A DNA stretch of 64,000 bases from Octopus sinensis (taxonomy: Eukaryota): contig NC_043008.1 in the NCBI RefSeq assembly GCF_006345805.1, positions 62,372,001 through 62,436,000 on the forward strand, in the 5' to 3' direction. Both the position numbers and the translations under genes were made by a program. The notes beneath the pieces are model-generated. The model saw nothing but the letters and a program-made list of their open reading frames with translations. It searched no databases and was not told where the DNA came from. Positions 51,121 through 64,000 of this stretch are shown here, one piece after another; position 1 is the stretch's first letter, and every line of letters starts with the position of its first letter.

Positions 51121-51559
51121 CATCATCATCATTATCGTTTAACGTCCATTTTCCTTGCTGGCATGGGTTAGAAGGTTTGACTGGAACAGATTAGTTGGAG
51201 AGCTGTACCAGGCTCTAGTCTGACTTTTGCTGGGTTTCTACAGCTGGGTGCCCTTCCTAACAGCAACCACTCTAAGAGTATAGTGGACGCCTTCTACACA
51301 GTACCAGCATGGGTGCCTTTTACATGTCACTGGCACAGGTGCCTTTAGCATTTTGTTGAGAGAGATACACACCCAAACACGCATATATATATATTTGCAA
51401 ATTTATATTGAACAAGCTTCTTTCAGTCCATCTCCCAAACCACTCTCAAGACTTTTAGCTGTGATTAAACTGTACATCACAAGTTTGGGAAGCTAACTTC
51501 TTAACCATAGCCATACAGCTACACCTGCACCTAATATTTTTATCACTCACTTTTCTAAA

Positions 51560-52110
<551 letters not shown>

Positions 52111-52654
52111 ATATAATTATTTATCTGATGATCCACTCCATTGCATTCCAGTGTCTCACATCACGTGCACTCATTGTCTGAGCAAACACACTTGGTACAA
52201 TAAGTTGTGCAGCAAGGAAATGAAGTATCACCTGATACATAATAGATATATACTCATTTATTGTTTTTTAGATTGAAAACTTTATCACAGATCATCCTTG
52301 ATAATGACTGCTAACACAATTTCCATTGCATTTTGCCTTTAGCTCTGTTGTCAGAAAAATTTTCTTTATCACCTCCAAGTATTTTTTTTCCTGACTGTTT
52401 TCACATTTTTTCAGTTTTGTTTGTATCTAGTACTTATAGCATTCTGCTTTTTTCTATTATTTCTTAACCCTCCCCCTTTATGGTACTTTTATTTTCATAC
52501 ACATATAAACACACATATATATATATATATACATATATACATACGTACATATATATATATATATATAAAGGGAAAGTTTACGAAAATAAACAAAAGATGA
52601 AGGCAGGTGGAGTACAAACAAACAAATGTATTAGTATAGCGCTCAGGAATAGAA

Positions 52655-52697
52655 AAAGTTTTTACGTTTCGAGCCTACGCTCTTCGATAGAAAGATA
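52655..52697 (-). ncRNA. Hammerhead-like half motif in a Penelope-type terminus
   Basis: CUAUCGA-A-GAGC-guag-GCUC-GAAA-CGUA: stem II and palindromic ACGU are present, but the left core is non-canonical. Confidence 0.35.
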
Positions 52698-52761
52698 CAC
52701 AGGAAAAACAAGGAGAGAAAAAAATGCATGTAGGAGCTAACGATCTATCATGGCGTCCTGA

Positions 52762-52794
<33 letters not shown>

Positions 52795-54108
52795 CCTTTT
52801 CTTTTTTCCACCCTTTTCAAGCCTAGCCAGGCTCAAGGGCCCGGTTTACCGGTTTCTGTGGTGCATGTGTTCCCCCCAGATGGACGGGATGCCAGTCCAT
52901 CACAGCATTACCCAAGAAACAGGAAGAAAGAGTAAGAGAAAGTTTAGGCAAAAGAGCACAACAGGGGTCGCCTCTGTCCCCTGCACCCATTTAAAAGCCT
53001 TTTGTTTGTCTAAAGTAATACTAAAAGATAGTTGTCTCTAAGTATGCAGTGGGATTGAACCCAGAGCGATGTGTTTGGAAAGAAAACTTCTTAACTGCAT
53101 TGCTTTCTTTAAACCTTACAAACACACACATGTAAATATATATATATCCTATCACTGAAATCTGTTATATGCACTTAGGGATGAAAGAGATATTGTTGTT
53201 TAGCTTCTGTTCATCTCTGACCTACAAACTTTAATTAAAGACGTTTCAGTCATGACTTTCCCCTCGTATGTTCAGACATAGCATAATTAATTTGACTACT
53301 TGGTTTCTGTTGGCTAAGATAAGCAGGCTCAGCATTTGCACATATATGCTCAGGTCTGGGTAAGATTTTTTAGAGAAGTTAGTGGGTATAGATACATCCA
53401 TTAATGCAGGTTTTTCCATTCTGTGTCACTGATGTTTATACAAGTGAACGATTAACACCTTGATACAGTTTAGCATTCATTCTGTCACGAGCTTTGTAGT
53501 CAGAGCACTAAAACTCAGAATGGATTACTGAAAGATATCTTTCCTTGATCTTTCCATACAATTCCACTAATTCAACACTACATTATGTTATCTAGTATAT
53601 CTTGCCATTTTTGTTATGAAGATAAGGTGTGATTCCAAAAGAGCTGCTATTTCCTCCAGGTCACATTTACTCAAGACTGGATTAAAAAAAGATTTGGCTG
53701 CCCCCGTAAAAGATTATGTAATTCAAAATATAAGCAATAACAAACTAAATATTTATTTTTCAAAACGAAAAAAAATGGTAAGAGGGAATATTTTATTTAT
53801 ATTTGAAAAGTTTCCTCCTGTTTTTTTGTATTGCAAAGTCTTTGATCAGCTCCTCAAAATTAATCTTAGGTAACACATCTGGATCTATACTTGATAGAGA
53901 TAAAGGCATCCTGAATACTAATTTAGCAAGTTTAAAGGGATTTCTTTTGTGCTATAAACCATTTACCATTTCTGTGGTGTCCCTTCCTTCCCTTGATGCT
54001 CTAAGCACATGCTTATTTTCCTTAATGGTTAATCCAGTGCTGCATTGACTACATCATATTGATGCAGGTTGTTCTATTAAGAGTAAGATACATCCTCAGT
54101 TTGCATAA

Positions 54109-54160
<52 letters not shown>

Positions 54161-55080
54161 TATAATAATAATAATAATAATAATATATTATTATAATATA
54201 ATTATAATAATAAAGGAAAAGAGGGAAAAAATCACATAAACTCAGTTTCTCTTTGATATAAGTATATTAATTACTTACTTAAAGCACATCTCATGTGAGA
54301 TATATGGAAATTTCAATGCAAAAGTTTCACCAAAGGTAATTTTTGGCATGATAAAATAAGTTTTGCTTCAAACGAGGTTGCCTTGGGACAAGTTAATCAC
54401 CTCAACCCACTTACTCTCTTAGTCATTTGCTTGTCATATTCCAAGCATTAATTATCTTGACATTAATATAAAGAATGCTTGTATCTGTTCCACTAAATTG
54501 CAAAGACTTCCGGCTTTACAAGAGAATCTTCTACTTAATGTTCTACTTAAGTGGTCTTCTGTGAAAGTCTTTCTGCTAAGTGCTATATGTGTCAGCAGCG
54601 ATCAGGTCTGTAACTTTCTATTATTGTTTGTTTTTAAGTTCCAGGCCATTTCCTAGAAAGACAATGGGATGTCTTCCACTTGCATCCTTATTACAATATT
54701 TTATTTAATGGAAATGTATAAACCATGAGAGAGTAAACATGTAGCTTGTCAAATATGATATATTACTTTGAAAACTAACAAAGACAGAAATATTTACCAA
54801 TCTGCCTCACTTTCTAGTTTTAATTAATCAATAAAAATCATCCACTTATTCATTGAAATTATGGTTTTCACTAGTGTGTCTGATTATATGCGTGTGAGAC
54901 ACTCTCACAAATATATATACACATAAATACATACATACATACACACATATGTATATACATATGCATATATTGTATATGTTATATATATGTATGTATGTGT
55001 ATATATATATATATTTATATATATATACATACATACATATATAATAATATAAAATAAATATATATATATAAATATTTATA

Positions 55081-56236
55081 TATAGAGGGCATATACATAC
55101 ATGCAGAAGACATTATACATACATGCCAACGCTAAGAGGGACAATCAGTCTTCTACCACAAATATTACAATCCACCGAATGCAATTTTTCAAAGTAAGAC
55201 ATTTAAAAAATAGACCTGTATACAGTGATCATACTTACGTAATCATCAGCAGGCCTGAATGTATTATAAATAAACAACGACCCTGCCCGCTTAAGCCGAT
55301 CAGCTAACTGATCAACATAACGAAGCACATGGGTGAGTTTACATATATTATCCGGGTAAATGGCAAACTTTTACGAATTGCATTCGGGAGAGGAAAAGTT
55401 TTTTCGGATAAAAATTTAGCAATTAAGGACAACTACTAATAAGGAAAAATTAACAAGAAATTGTCAGGTAGATAGCGTAAAAAACCTATAAGAGAAAAAA
55501 TTTCGAAAATAATTATTTCTTATGAACATATAATTATATATAGAGGGCATTATACATACATGCCAGAAGACATTATACATACATGCCAAACGCTAAGAGG
55601 GACAATCAGTCATTTCTACCAAAAATATACTAATCCACCGAATGCATTTTTCAAAGTAAGACATTTAAAAATATAGACCTGTATCACAGTGATTTCATAC
55701 TTACGTAATCATCAGCAGGCCTGAATGTATTATAAATAAACAACGACCCTGCCTGCTTAAGCCGATCAGCTAACTGATCAACATCAACGAAGCACATGGG
55801 TGAGTTTACATATATTACATGGGTAAATGGCAAACTTTTACGAATTGCATTTCGGGAGAGGAAAAGTTTTCGGAATAAAAATTTAGCAATAAGGACAACT
55901 ACTTATAAGGAAAATTAACAAGAAATTGTCAGGTAGATAGCGTAAAAACCTCATAAGAGAAAAAATTTCGAAAAAATATTCTTATTGTTGAACATATTAA
56001 TTATATATAGAGGGCATTAACATACATGCCAGAAGACATTATACATACATGCAAAACGTATAAAAGGGACATGTATTGTATATGTCTTCTGGCATGTATG
56101 TATAATGCCCTATATATATAAATTATATGTTCAATAAGAAATAATTATTTTCGAAATTTTTCTCTTATGAGGTTTTTACGCTATCTAGACAATTTCTTGT
56201 TAGTTTTCCTTATTAAGTAGTTGTCCTTAATTGCTA
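55081..56236. repeat. ~460-bp tandem repeat (2 copies plus a partial third) followed by an inverted partial copy
   Basis: Units start at 55081, 55539 and 56006; the inverted copy spans ~56072-56236; copies differ mainly by 1-nt indels. Confidence 0.9.
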
Positions 56237-56243
56237 TATATAT

Positions 56244-56280
<37 letters not shown>

Positions 56281-56318
56281 ATACATACATGCATATGTCT
56301 ATATATATATATATATAT

Positions 56319-56548
56319 TCTTGAGGCAGTCTTTGTAGCGCCTCCTCGGATCTCAAATTAACCACACTTAAAGACAAGAGACGCAGGAGGAAGCCACGAG
56401 CCACCTCTGACACCACACCGGATGTTACCTTCGTCTGTGGACACTACTCACGGACTTGCCTTTCCCATATTGGACTTGTCAGTCATGAACGTGCATGCAC
56501 ACAACGTGGACAGCCTTCCTGATCTTTGTTCGCAAAGCCAAGCCATGC
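56319..56548 (+). mobile_element. RTE/BovB-like LINE 3' end
   Basis: KDKRRRRKPRATSD...FVCGHYSRTCLSHIGLVSHERAC...* (stop 56520-56522): the terminal zinc-finger-like motif of RTE elements. Confidence 0.85.
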
Positions 56549-57019
56549 TACATATATATATATATATCGGGGATGTGCCACCTAGGTAGGCAAGGGAGGT
56601 ACTGCCTGCCTGGAATAAAATAGGTCAATAGTAACATTTTCCTTTTATGACATAATATGCACCTAATTCAGTAAAATTATGAAGGTTACTCTAATTACTA
56701 TACATAACATGCAAAATATTTTATTTTTTTGTAGATTAGGTAGGTATAATTCACACCTGCCTTTCAATCTCAGTATTTAAGCTATGCATAGTACTGCTGT
56801 AGTACATATGCTGTGTACACTCCTACAACAACGTTTTCTTTACATGCTATAAAGGCAGAAGTAAATCTGCCTTCAACTCACTCTCACAGCTGTGTTTCAC
56901 TTATTTTTTTCTGTATTTAACTGCATAAATGTCATCAACTACTTACCCTGAGTAATTACTGACAGCATGTGCCCAAGTAATTACTGACAGTGCCTGACAT
57001 ACATACATATATGTATATA

Positions 57020-57105
<86 letters not shown>

Positions 57106-58659
57106 CGTTCGCAATACTTTTTTTCATTCAGCGTTAACAGCTCTTCTTATCTTGTTTTTCCTTGTCCTGTCTTTTACTGTTTATAATTTGTACTGTCGTT
57201 ACTGTCCTGTTTTGTTACCATTTTTTACCCCTCTGCGAAAAGATCTCAGAATTTTAATTGATTTGCTTTTCGCAGAAAGGAAAGTTTCTTGTCGAAGATA
57301 CGTCTCGCTTTTATCCTTCGAAACGTAGAGTAGATGAAACCATAGCGACTGAAGAAGGAGTTTTTTCTTTGTGTTAATTGTCCTGTACACTATTTTTTTG
57401 TTGTTTTTAAAAAAATGTCCAGTTCCTTTGGTTTGTGTCTATGTTTTCGTTTCTCATTGTGTTCGACTTCCTTTTGGTGTCCTGTACTCATATATGCGTG
57501 TATATGTACATTTAGAGGTAGGTACATACATATATGTTTATATATATGCATATGTTTTATTTTATTTATTAATATATATATATATATTATATATATATAT
57601 ATATATGTACACATATGCATATATGGGTACAGGACATCACCAACAGTAAACAACATGAAATACGAGAATAAAATGAGTTCAATATGTAAACAATATATAT
57701 ATGTGTGTGTGTGTGTGTATGTTTGTGTTTGTGTGTTTGTGTTTGTCCCTCCAACATCACTTGACAACCGATGCTGGCGTATTTACGTCCCTGTAACTTA
57801 GCGGTTTGGCAAAAAGAGACCAAGTACTAGGCTTACAAAGAATAAGTCCTGGGGTTGATTTGCTTAACTAAAGGCAGTGCTCCAGCATGGCCACAGTCAA
57901 ATGGCTAAAACAAGTAAAAGAGTAAAAGAGTAAAATAATTAATTTATTGTAAGAATAAGGATTTAATATTTAAAACTGCAAGCTTAATGGAAAGTATAAA
58001 AATGGTTCAATGTGTGTATAGGAGCAGCATAGAAATAAATTGTAAGATCTTAAAATTTATACATTAACTGAAAATATCAATAAGTGGTTGCTTGATTATA
58101 ATATTTAGTTAAATCATTTTATTGGAATTTGAAGCAGAACATTGAATGAAAGAAGGAATTATGTAATATGGTATTATATAATGTTTGAGTAAGTGGTAAA
58201 TTTAGAATAAGGGATGTAAATAAGCATTTCAGAGATTGATGTAGAATATGTAGATTGATAATCATCATATAAGATGAGGAATAAAGTGGTACACCATTGA
58301 TTAAATTAAATTAAATCAAATTAAGCAAGCATATAATGCACCTATATTTTATCTGGAAGAGGATTATGTGGGGAGATTCTAAGTGCAAATTTAGATTTGT
58401 GATAGAATTGGAGTTTCAAAACATCCATGGATGCAAGTGGTAAATGATTTATTTTGTCTGTTCAGTAATTGCAGTGGATTATATAATAGGATTTGTATGG
58501 ACTCTTTTGAGCATAACAAACATGGGATGTGACCTCCCTGGCATGGCACTCCGGTATTATGTGGTACTTAGTTTTTCTTAACGTTGTGTATGTAGTCAGC
58601 TATTTAAGTAGACTATTATGGTTAGCAGATTTAAAAGAGATCCGGTTGGGTGGTGGTAT

Positions 58660-58989
58660 CACAACATCATAAGCGGAAAGTGTAACCTCCCAAAAGAGCT
58701 GTTCTTCACTCCTGCTCCAGATCGTCGGCTGCGGAGTCACTCCAAAAAGCTGTATCTATGACGATTTCATCTCAATCAAAGGAGAGGGGCTTTCTCCGTC
58801 CGGGTTGCGGTTCCATGGAATAAGCTGCCGGACAAGGTAGTGAAGATGCCGACGACCGCTCGGTTCATAGTCTCTCTTGACCAGAAATGGCCTGAACTCT
58901 TTGCATGAACACCCTCCCTGTACATAACACCATGTCCCCCTACATGGCCTTGCTTTTGCTTTTTGAGCCAAAAATTAACTTAACTTAAC
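58660..58989 (+). mobile_element. CR1-clade LINE 3' end with 3' UTR and (TTAAC)n tail
   Basis: HNIISG...RRLRSHSKKLYL*RF...RRGAFSVRV..PWNKLPDKVV...SLDQKWPELFA* (stop 58906-58908). Confidence 0.9.
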
Positions 58990-59379
58990 AATGTATATCT
59001 TCATAGAGTTACATTGTTTCTGAAGGACCATCCATAGCATTCCATTATTATATGGTGCTCTGTCTTTCTTGACATTGAATATATGGTCAGCTATTGAAGT
59101 TGACTATTGTGTTTAGAAGGTTTAAAGGAGAAAATCTTTATCAAGATTATACATCGTTGGTGGCAACAATGTATAATCTTGATAAAGTTATATTGATTAT
59201 TAGGACTATGCATTTGCCTTGGGCAATTGCATGGTCCATATGACTGTCCTAGGAGAATACCAGCATATATCTTAACTAATATGAACATTTCTCAAGCGGT
59301 CTTTTATAGACCTCTTGTGACCTAAACTCCCATAATGTTCAACTCTACCATTGTCTTAGGCCAATATCTTAATATATAG

Positions 59380-59830
59380 GCACAGTAGTGTCTGTGTGGC
59401 AAGAAGCTTGCTTCCCAACCTCATGGTTCCAGCAGGTTCAGTCCCATTGCATGGCACTTTAGGTAAGAGTCTCCTACTATAGACTCCGGCTGACCAAGGC
59501 TTCATGAGTGGATTTGGTAGACAGAAACTGAAACAAATCCACTGTTTATATATATATATATAGGCATGTATATATGGGTGTGGCTTTGCATCTGTCTTCA
59601 CATCACTGCTTGACAACCAGTGTTGGTATGTTTACCTTCCTGTAACTTAGCAGTTCAGCAAAAGAGGCCATTATGATAAGTACTAGGCTTAAAAATTAAG
59701 TCCTGAGGTCAATTTGTCTGACTAACACCCTTCAAGGCAGTGCTCCAGCATGGCCACGGTGAAATTACTGAACCACTTATTACTGATTAAAAAGCCATCC
59801 AAGCTGTTTAAGCTTGGCTCCAATCAAATC
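59380..59830 (+). mobile_element. SINE family B, diverged (other copies or parts near 30375, 35150, 36325, 37160, 49140 and 57715)
   Basis: Same modular layout as 2958-3390. Confidence 0.8.
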
Positions 59831-59894
59831 ACTGAAGCAAGTAAAAAAAATAGGAGAATATATCAGAAAGATAGACAGATACATAAATAGATAG

Positions 59895-60198
59895 ATATAA
59901 TTATAACAATAAGGGTTATTTGCAACAAGTTGCTTAACCACATACCGAAAATTTTAGAAATAGCAGCCAAAGGACTACTATTTCCTTTTACTACAAAAAT
60001 AAGTCTCCACAGACAACAATATTTGTAACTCACAAATGGCAAAAAAATGTTTGCCATATGTGAGTTACAAAAATTGTTGTCTGTGGAGACTTATTTTTTT
60101 AGTAAAAGGAAATAGTAGTCTTTTGGCTGCTATTTCTAAAATTTTCGGTATGTGGTTAGGCAACTTGTTGCAAATAACCCATATTGTTATAATTATAT
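59895..60198. repeat. Palindrome, ~147-bp arms and an 8-nt loop
   Basis: The arms differ by several substitutions; the loop is 60043-60050. Confidence 0.95.
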
Positions 60199-62639
60199 AA
60201 GTTTTTACCCAATATGGTCCTTTTCCATACCGAAATACTACTAGGTGAAATTTGTTGATTTTATTAAATTAATTATATTTCACCCTATTTCTATAAATAG
60301 ATAGATAGATAGATGGACAGACAAATGAATGGACAGACAGACAAACAGAGACAAACAGACAGACAAACAGATAGATACACAAGCACCTAATGTGGGAAAT
60401 ACAGAGACAGATAAGATGATTGCAGCTGGGATTTCTCTGATCATAGGCGGCATCAATGAATTCAGTTGCTGTGAGTAGTATAGAATTTTACATCTCAAAA
60501 TTTGCTCTTTATTTGTGTGGTGAAGAAGCAAGAGAAAGTTGTGTTATTTGGCTCCTAGACCTGACCCGGGGCTAAACAACAACAACAACAATAATTCTAA
60601 CAACAGCAAGAATGTCATATTTACTTAGCTTCTGGAATACGTCCAAACAATAATAATTAATGTAATATATTTGATGAGTATTAAATAAGAATCTGTATAG
60701 TCAAACAAATAACAAAACCACTATGCTCTTATTGAAATATATATAGTTATACTGTTTGAAAAATACTCACTAATTAATTAATAGTAACATGTCAAATCAC
60801 TAAATATGAGAATGTAATTTTTGATTTATTAATTCAAATTACTGGTGAGTCAGACAATAAAATAATAGTCTGATTGCTTATTAGTCTAATATTATAACAT
60901 TCTGAGTTTACATTTAGTTTACATTGTCATTAACTTCTATTACTCTGGAATAAATGTGGCTCTTGCTTTTATGAACACAGGTGTGGTGGCTAGCTTTGTG
61001 GTCAAGGAGTTCACTTCCTGACTACATGGTTTCCTGTTCAATCCCATGTGGCATTTTGAGCGAGCATCTTTTAGTATAACCCCAGGCCAAACACTGACAT
61101 TTGAGTAGATTTTGTAGGCAGGAAATAAATATGCCCATCAAACTTATATAGACATAATACACACACACACACATATACAAATATACAATAATAACATTTT
61201 TTATTATTATTATAACAATCCTTTATACTATAGGCACACGGCCTGAAATTTTGGCGAGGAGGATGGTCGATTATGTCGACCCCAGTACTCAAAATGGTAC
61301 TTAATTTATCGACCCCAAAAGGACTTAAAGCAAAGTCGACTTTAGGTGGCATTTGAACTCAGAACGTGCAGACAGATGAAACAGTGCTTAGCATTTCACT
61401 TGGCATGCTAACAATTCTGCTAGCTAGCCACCCTAATAATATCAATAATAATCAGAATAATAATGAGGAGGAGGAGGAGAAGAAGAAGAAGAAGAAGAAG
61501 AGCACCAACAACAACAATAATAATGTTCCCAATTTAAACTGGAATTATTTTATTTAGATTATCTTGATAGTAACTTACATTTTAATTGATTTATTTTTTT
61601 ACTTTTTTTTTTCTATCTTTCAACACTTTTACATGGATTAACTTCACTGCCATCTAAACTTTCTTGTTTATATTTCAGCAGCGAAAAAAAAAAAAAGAAT
61701 CTAAACAGAAAGAAAAAGAATATTTTGCTTCTAAAATGATAAATGAAAATAAAAGAAATATATAGAATTATATTTCAAGCTGAAAATTAAGTTTGAATTA
61801 ATTTAATAAAAAAACAATACTCTATTATATCTTCTTTCTTTCCTTGAATTATTTTTAAAAGTGAAATAAATAATTCAAGAAAAAAACAAATTATATATAA
61901 GAGTATTTTTCTTGCCAAAGTTCATTGTGAATTTCTATCCATAGTACTATATAATTCACAATATATAAAGTTCACATTTGTATTGAATCCTCTATTTGTT
62001 TATTTTGAGAATTAATCAGGATTTTAAATCTATTGTATTGACTTAATTCTGTTTTGGCAAACTTAGCTTTTGTATCTTCTGTTAACATATCATACTCAAT
62101 TTTTCTTACACATTTCTTTCTATTTTAACTGAAAGCTCTCAACATTGCATTAATTTTTCCTCACAAATTCTTTTCTTTTTTCTATTTTGATAATGTTATT
62201 TCCTCATTGGAGTTTCTCCTTTCTGCTATTATTTTATTTGCTTCATTTTGTTCAACCTGAATAAGTCGCAACATTGTTACACGAGAAGGAAAATAATCAA
62301 GTTTAAATTTTATCTTCGCTGTGTACTTATTGAATAGCTGATTGAATCTTGTTCTTCCTTTATAAAGATGACCACAATTCCATCTCCAAATCGCTGATAA
62401 AGTAAAGAAGTGAGGGATATAAACATCTAATTAACAAGAGAATTATAACTGCACCTATCATTACTAAACCTAACAAGTCATCTCATGCTCTTTCAGCTGA
62501 GAAAACTATGGAATTGGTGGTATTTCATAGTCATTGTTGGCATCTTTTTTGTCTTGGGAGTCAATGGAATTGCGCATAAAATAATCTAGTCTGGCTTTTA
62601 CATTTCATGTCCTAATACATCTCCTTTATGGCAGTGAGT

Positions 62640-63110
62640 GATGGCCATTGAGGGTGGAAGATATTAAGTGACTCGAATCCTTCAATCACTTCTGTCTACA
62701 CTGCATTCTTCGTGTCCAATGGCATCACTTTGTCTCCAACAGGTCAGAATCACCCCCCTCCGACAAGTCATCCTAATGAGACATCTGCGTTGGCTGGGTC
62801 ATGCCCTCCATTGTCAACCAGGAGAATTCATCTACGAAGCAATTGCCCCAGCTCCCCTTCAGGGTTGGCGAAAGCGTTGTGGTGGACAACAAAATACCTG
62901 GCTGATGACGGTCAAGGCTGATCTGGAACCCAACCTAGGCCCCTATATCTACAGCATTCGCCATTGGAATAAGGAGTGGCTGGAGATCACGTGGTGATTA
63001 CCCTCAAATCGCCAGGCCTGGTCGGCGTTTGTGAGAGATGCAGCATTGAGGATGAATGAAACCAGCTCAATCCACCCCGGGTGAATGCTGTAAGAAGAAG
63101 AAGAAGAAGA
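62640..63110 (+). mobile_element. 5'-truncated RTE LINE 3' end with (AAG)n tail
   Basis: RVEDIK*LESFNHFCLHCILRVQW...LRWLGHAL...GWRKRCGGQQNTWL.TVKADLE...NRQAWSAFVRDA...HPG*, then gtaagaagaag. Confidence 0.9.
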
Positions 63111-63652
63111 CATCTGCTGTGGCTGTGTAGTCCTATCCTGGACAAACACTCACTCTGGCAGGTGCCGCAAATGTAGCGAAGACTTTGCCTGGCTGGTTGT
63201 AATGTCATACTTTCTTGTTGACGTCTTTTCTTGTCTTTCCATTTCTCTTCTCTCCCTCTGTCACTCCTTTGTGTTCCCTGTTTTATGGTATGTCGCCAAT
63301 CTCCATGGTTGCTGGCAACTGCTTCCCAGTTGCTAATATTGATGCCACAGGCCTTCATGTCCCTTTTGCAAACATCCTTGTATTGTAAGAATGGTCTTCC
63401 CACAGACCTAGTGCCCTTAGCAAGCTCTCCATAGAGTATGTCCTTGGGGATTCTGCCATCTTCCATACGGCTAACATGTCCAAGCCATCTCATATATCTT
63501 TGTGTGAGGAGTGCAAACATGCTTGATATTCCTGCTTGCTTGAGGACATCTTTGTTGGGGACATGTTTCTGCCATTTGATGCCAAGGATTTTCCGGAGGC
63601 AGCGCAGGTGAAAGATATTTAGGCAACGCTCTTGGCATGTGTCATATGCATG
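63111..63652 (-). mobile_element. RTE/BovB-like LINE ORF C-terminal fragment
   Basis: QERCLNIFHLRCLRKILGIKWQ..VPN.DVL...RWLGHVSRMEDGRIPKDILYGELA.GTRSVGRPFLQYKDVCKRDMK...YICGTCQSECLSRIGLHSH. Confidence 0.92.
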
Positions 63653-64000
63653 TAATATCACATCCATGAATCTAAGAGACTTCTATCATCTACCTGAGTT
63701 TCCAAGAAGTTCAAGCTCTTATTGTACTGAGCTTGGATTAGAGGGAGAAGATTGTGCCAGATGACTAGCTCCGTTCTCTAATACCTGATTTCTGGGAACT
63801 GTGGCAAGATTGGCTGACACGACTAGAGATATATCAAGGATGCAGCAGGAAAACCAGTGTGGTCTACATAATTCACAATATTACTGCAACTTTGCTGGAT
63901 ATTGCCATTTTGCTTCTTGAAACTTGACCACTGGTGTTTGGGTTTTCGCTGTAGATTCCTTAAAATTCCAACTTGCTACAGTGTAAGAGTGGATTAATGA

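Noticed and set aside
53280-54060. Possible L1/Tx1-like coding relic on the minus strand
   Set aside because: Only a vague P..L.K.YP..S..C pattern with several stops; too weak to call.
57230-57360. Hairpin plus ...CGAAACGTA and CTGAAGA motifs
   Set aside because: The motifs are in the wrong order or lack a coherent stem II; I could not fold a hammerhead.
62494-62580. Plus-strand acceptor (cctaac...ctctttcag) with a short open frame; similar weak candidates at ~3567, ~9110 (-), ~12440, ~23600 and ~33570
   Set aside because: Splice-like signals are common in AT-rich DNA; there is no recognisable peptide or consistent phase chain.

Overview
AT-rich eukaryotic (animal) genomic DNA, most likely intronic or intergenic. 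The SINE repertoire resembles what I recall from Octopus/coleoid genomes; that is an inference, not a database match. No intact protein-coding gene, rRNA, true tRNA or CRISPR array is supportable, and most long ORFs in the track are microsatellite read-throughs. The window is a layered transposon graveyard. It holds about 40 tRNA-derived and RTE-tail-like SINE copies (several with clear target-site duplications), decayed mariner/Tc1 transposases, RTE and CR1 LINE fragments, a Penelope-like GIY-YIG remnant, Helitron-like and piggyBac-like non-autonomous elements, an intronless EF1-alpha fragment, and many simple or minisatellite repeats. The most unusual signal is a set of minimal type I hammerhead-ribozyme-like motifs (17.8-18.0, 36.8, 43.6/43.9, 52.7 and 11.15 kb), three of which sit in fold-back inverted duplications. 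One of these belongs to an element with an intact Pol III A/B-box tRNA-like head, suggesting a tRNA-headed, hammerhead-tailed, Penelope-mobilised non-autonomous retroelement. Several weak candidate host exons are reported at low confidence. Coordinates were counted by eye and may be off by a few bases.
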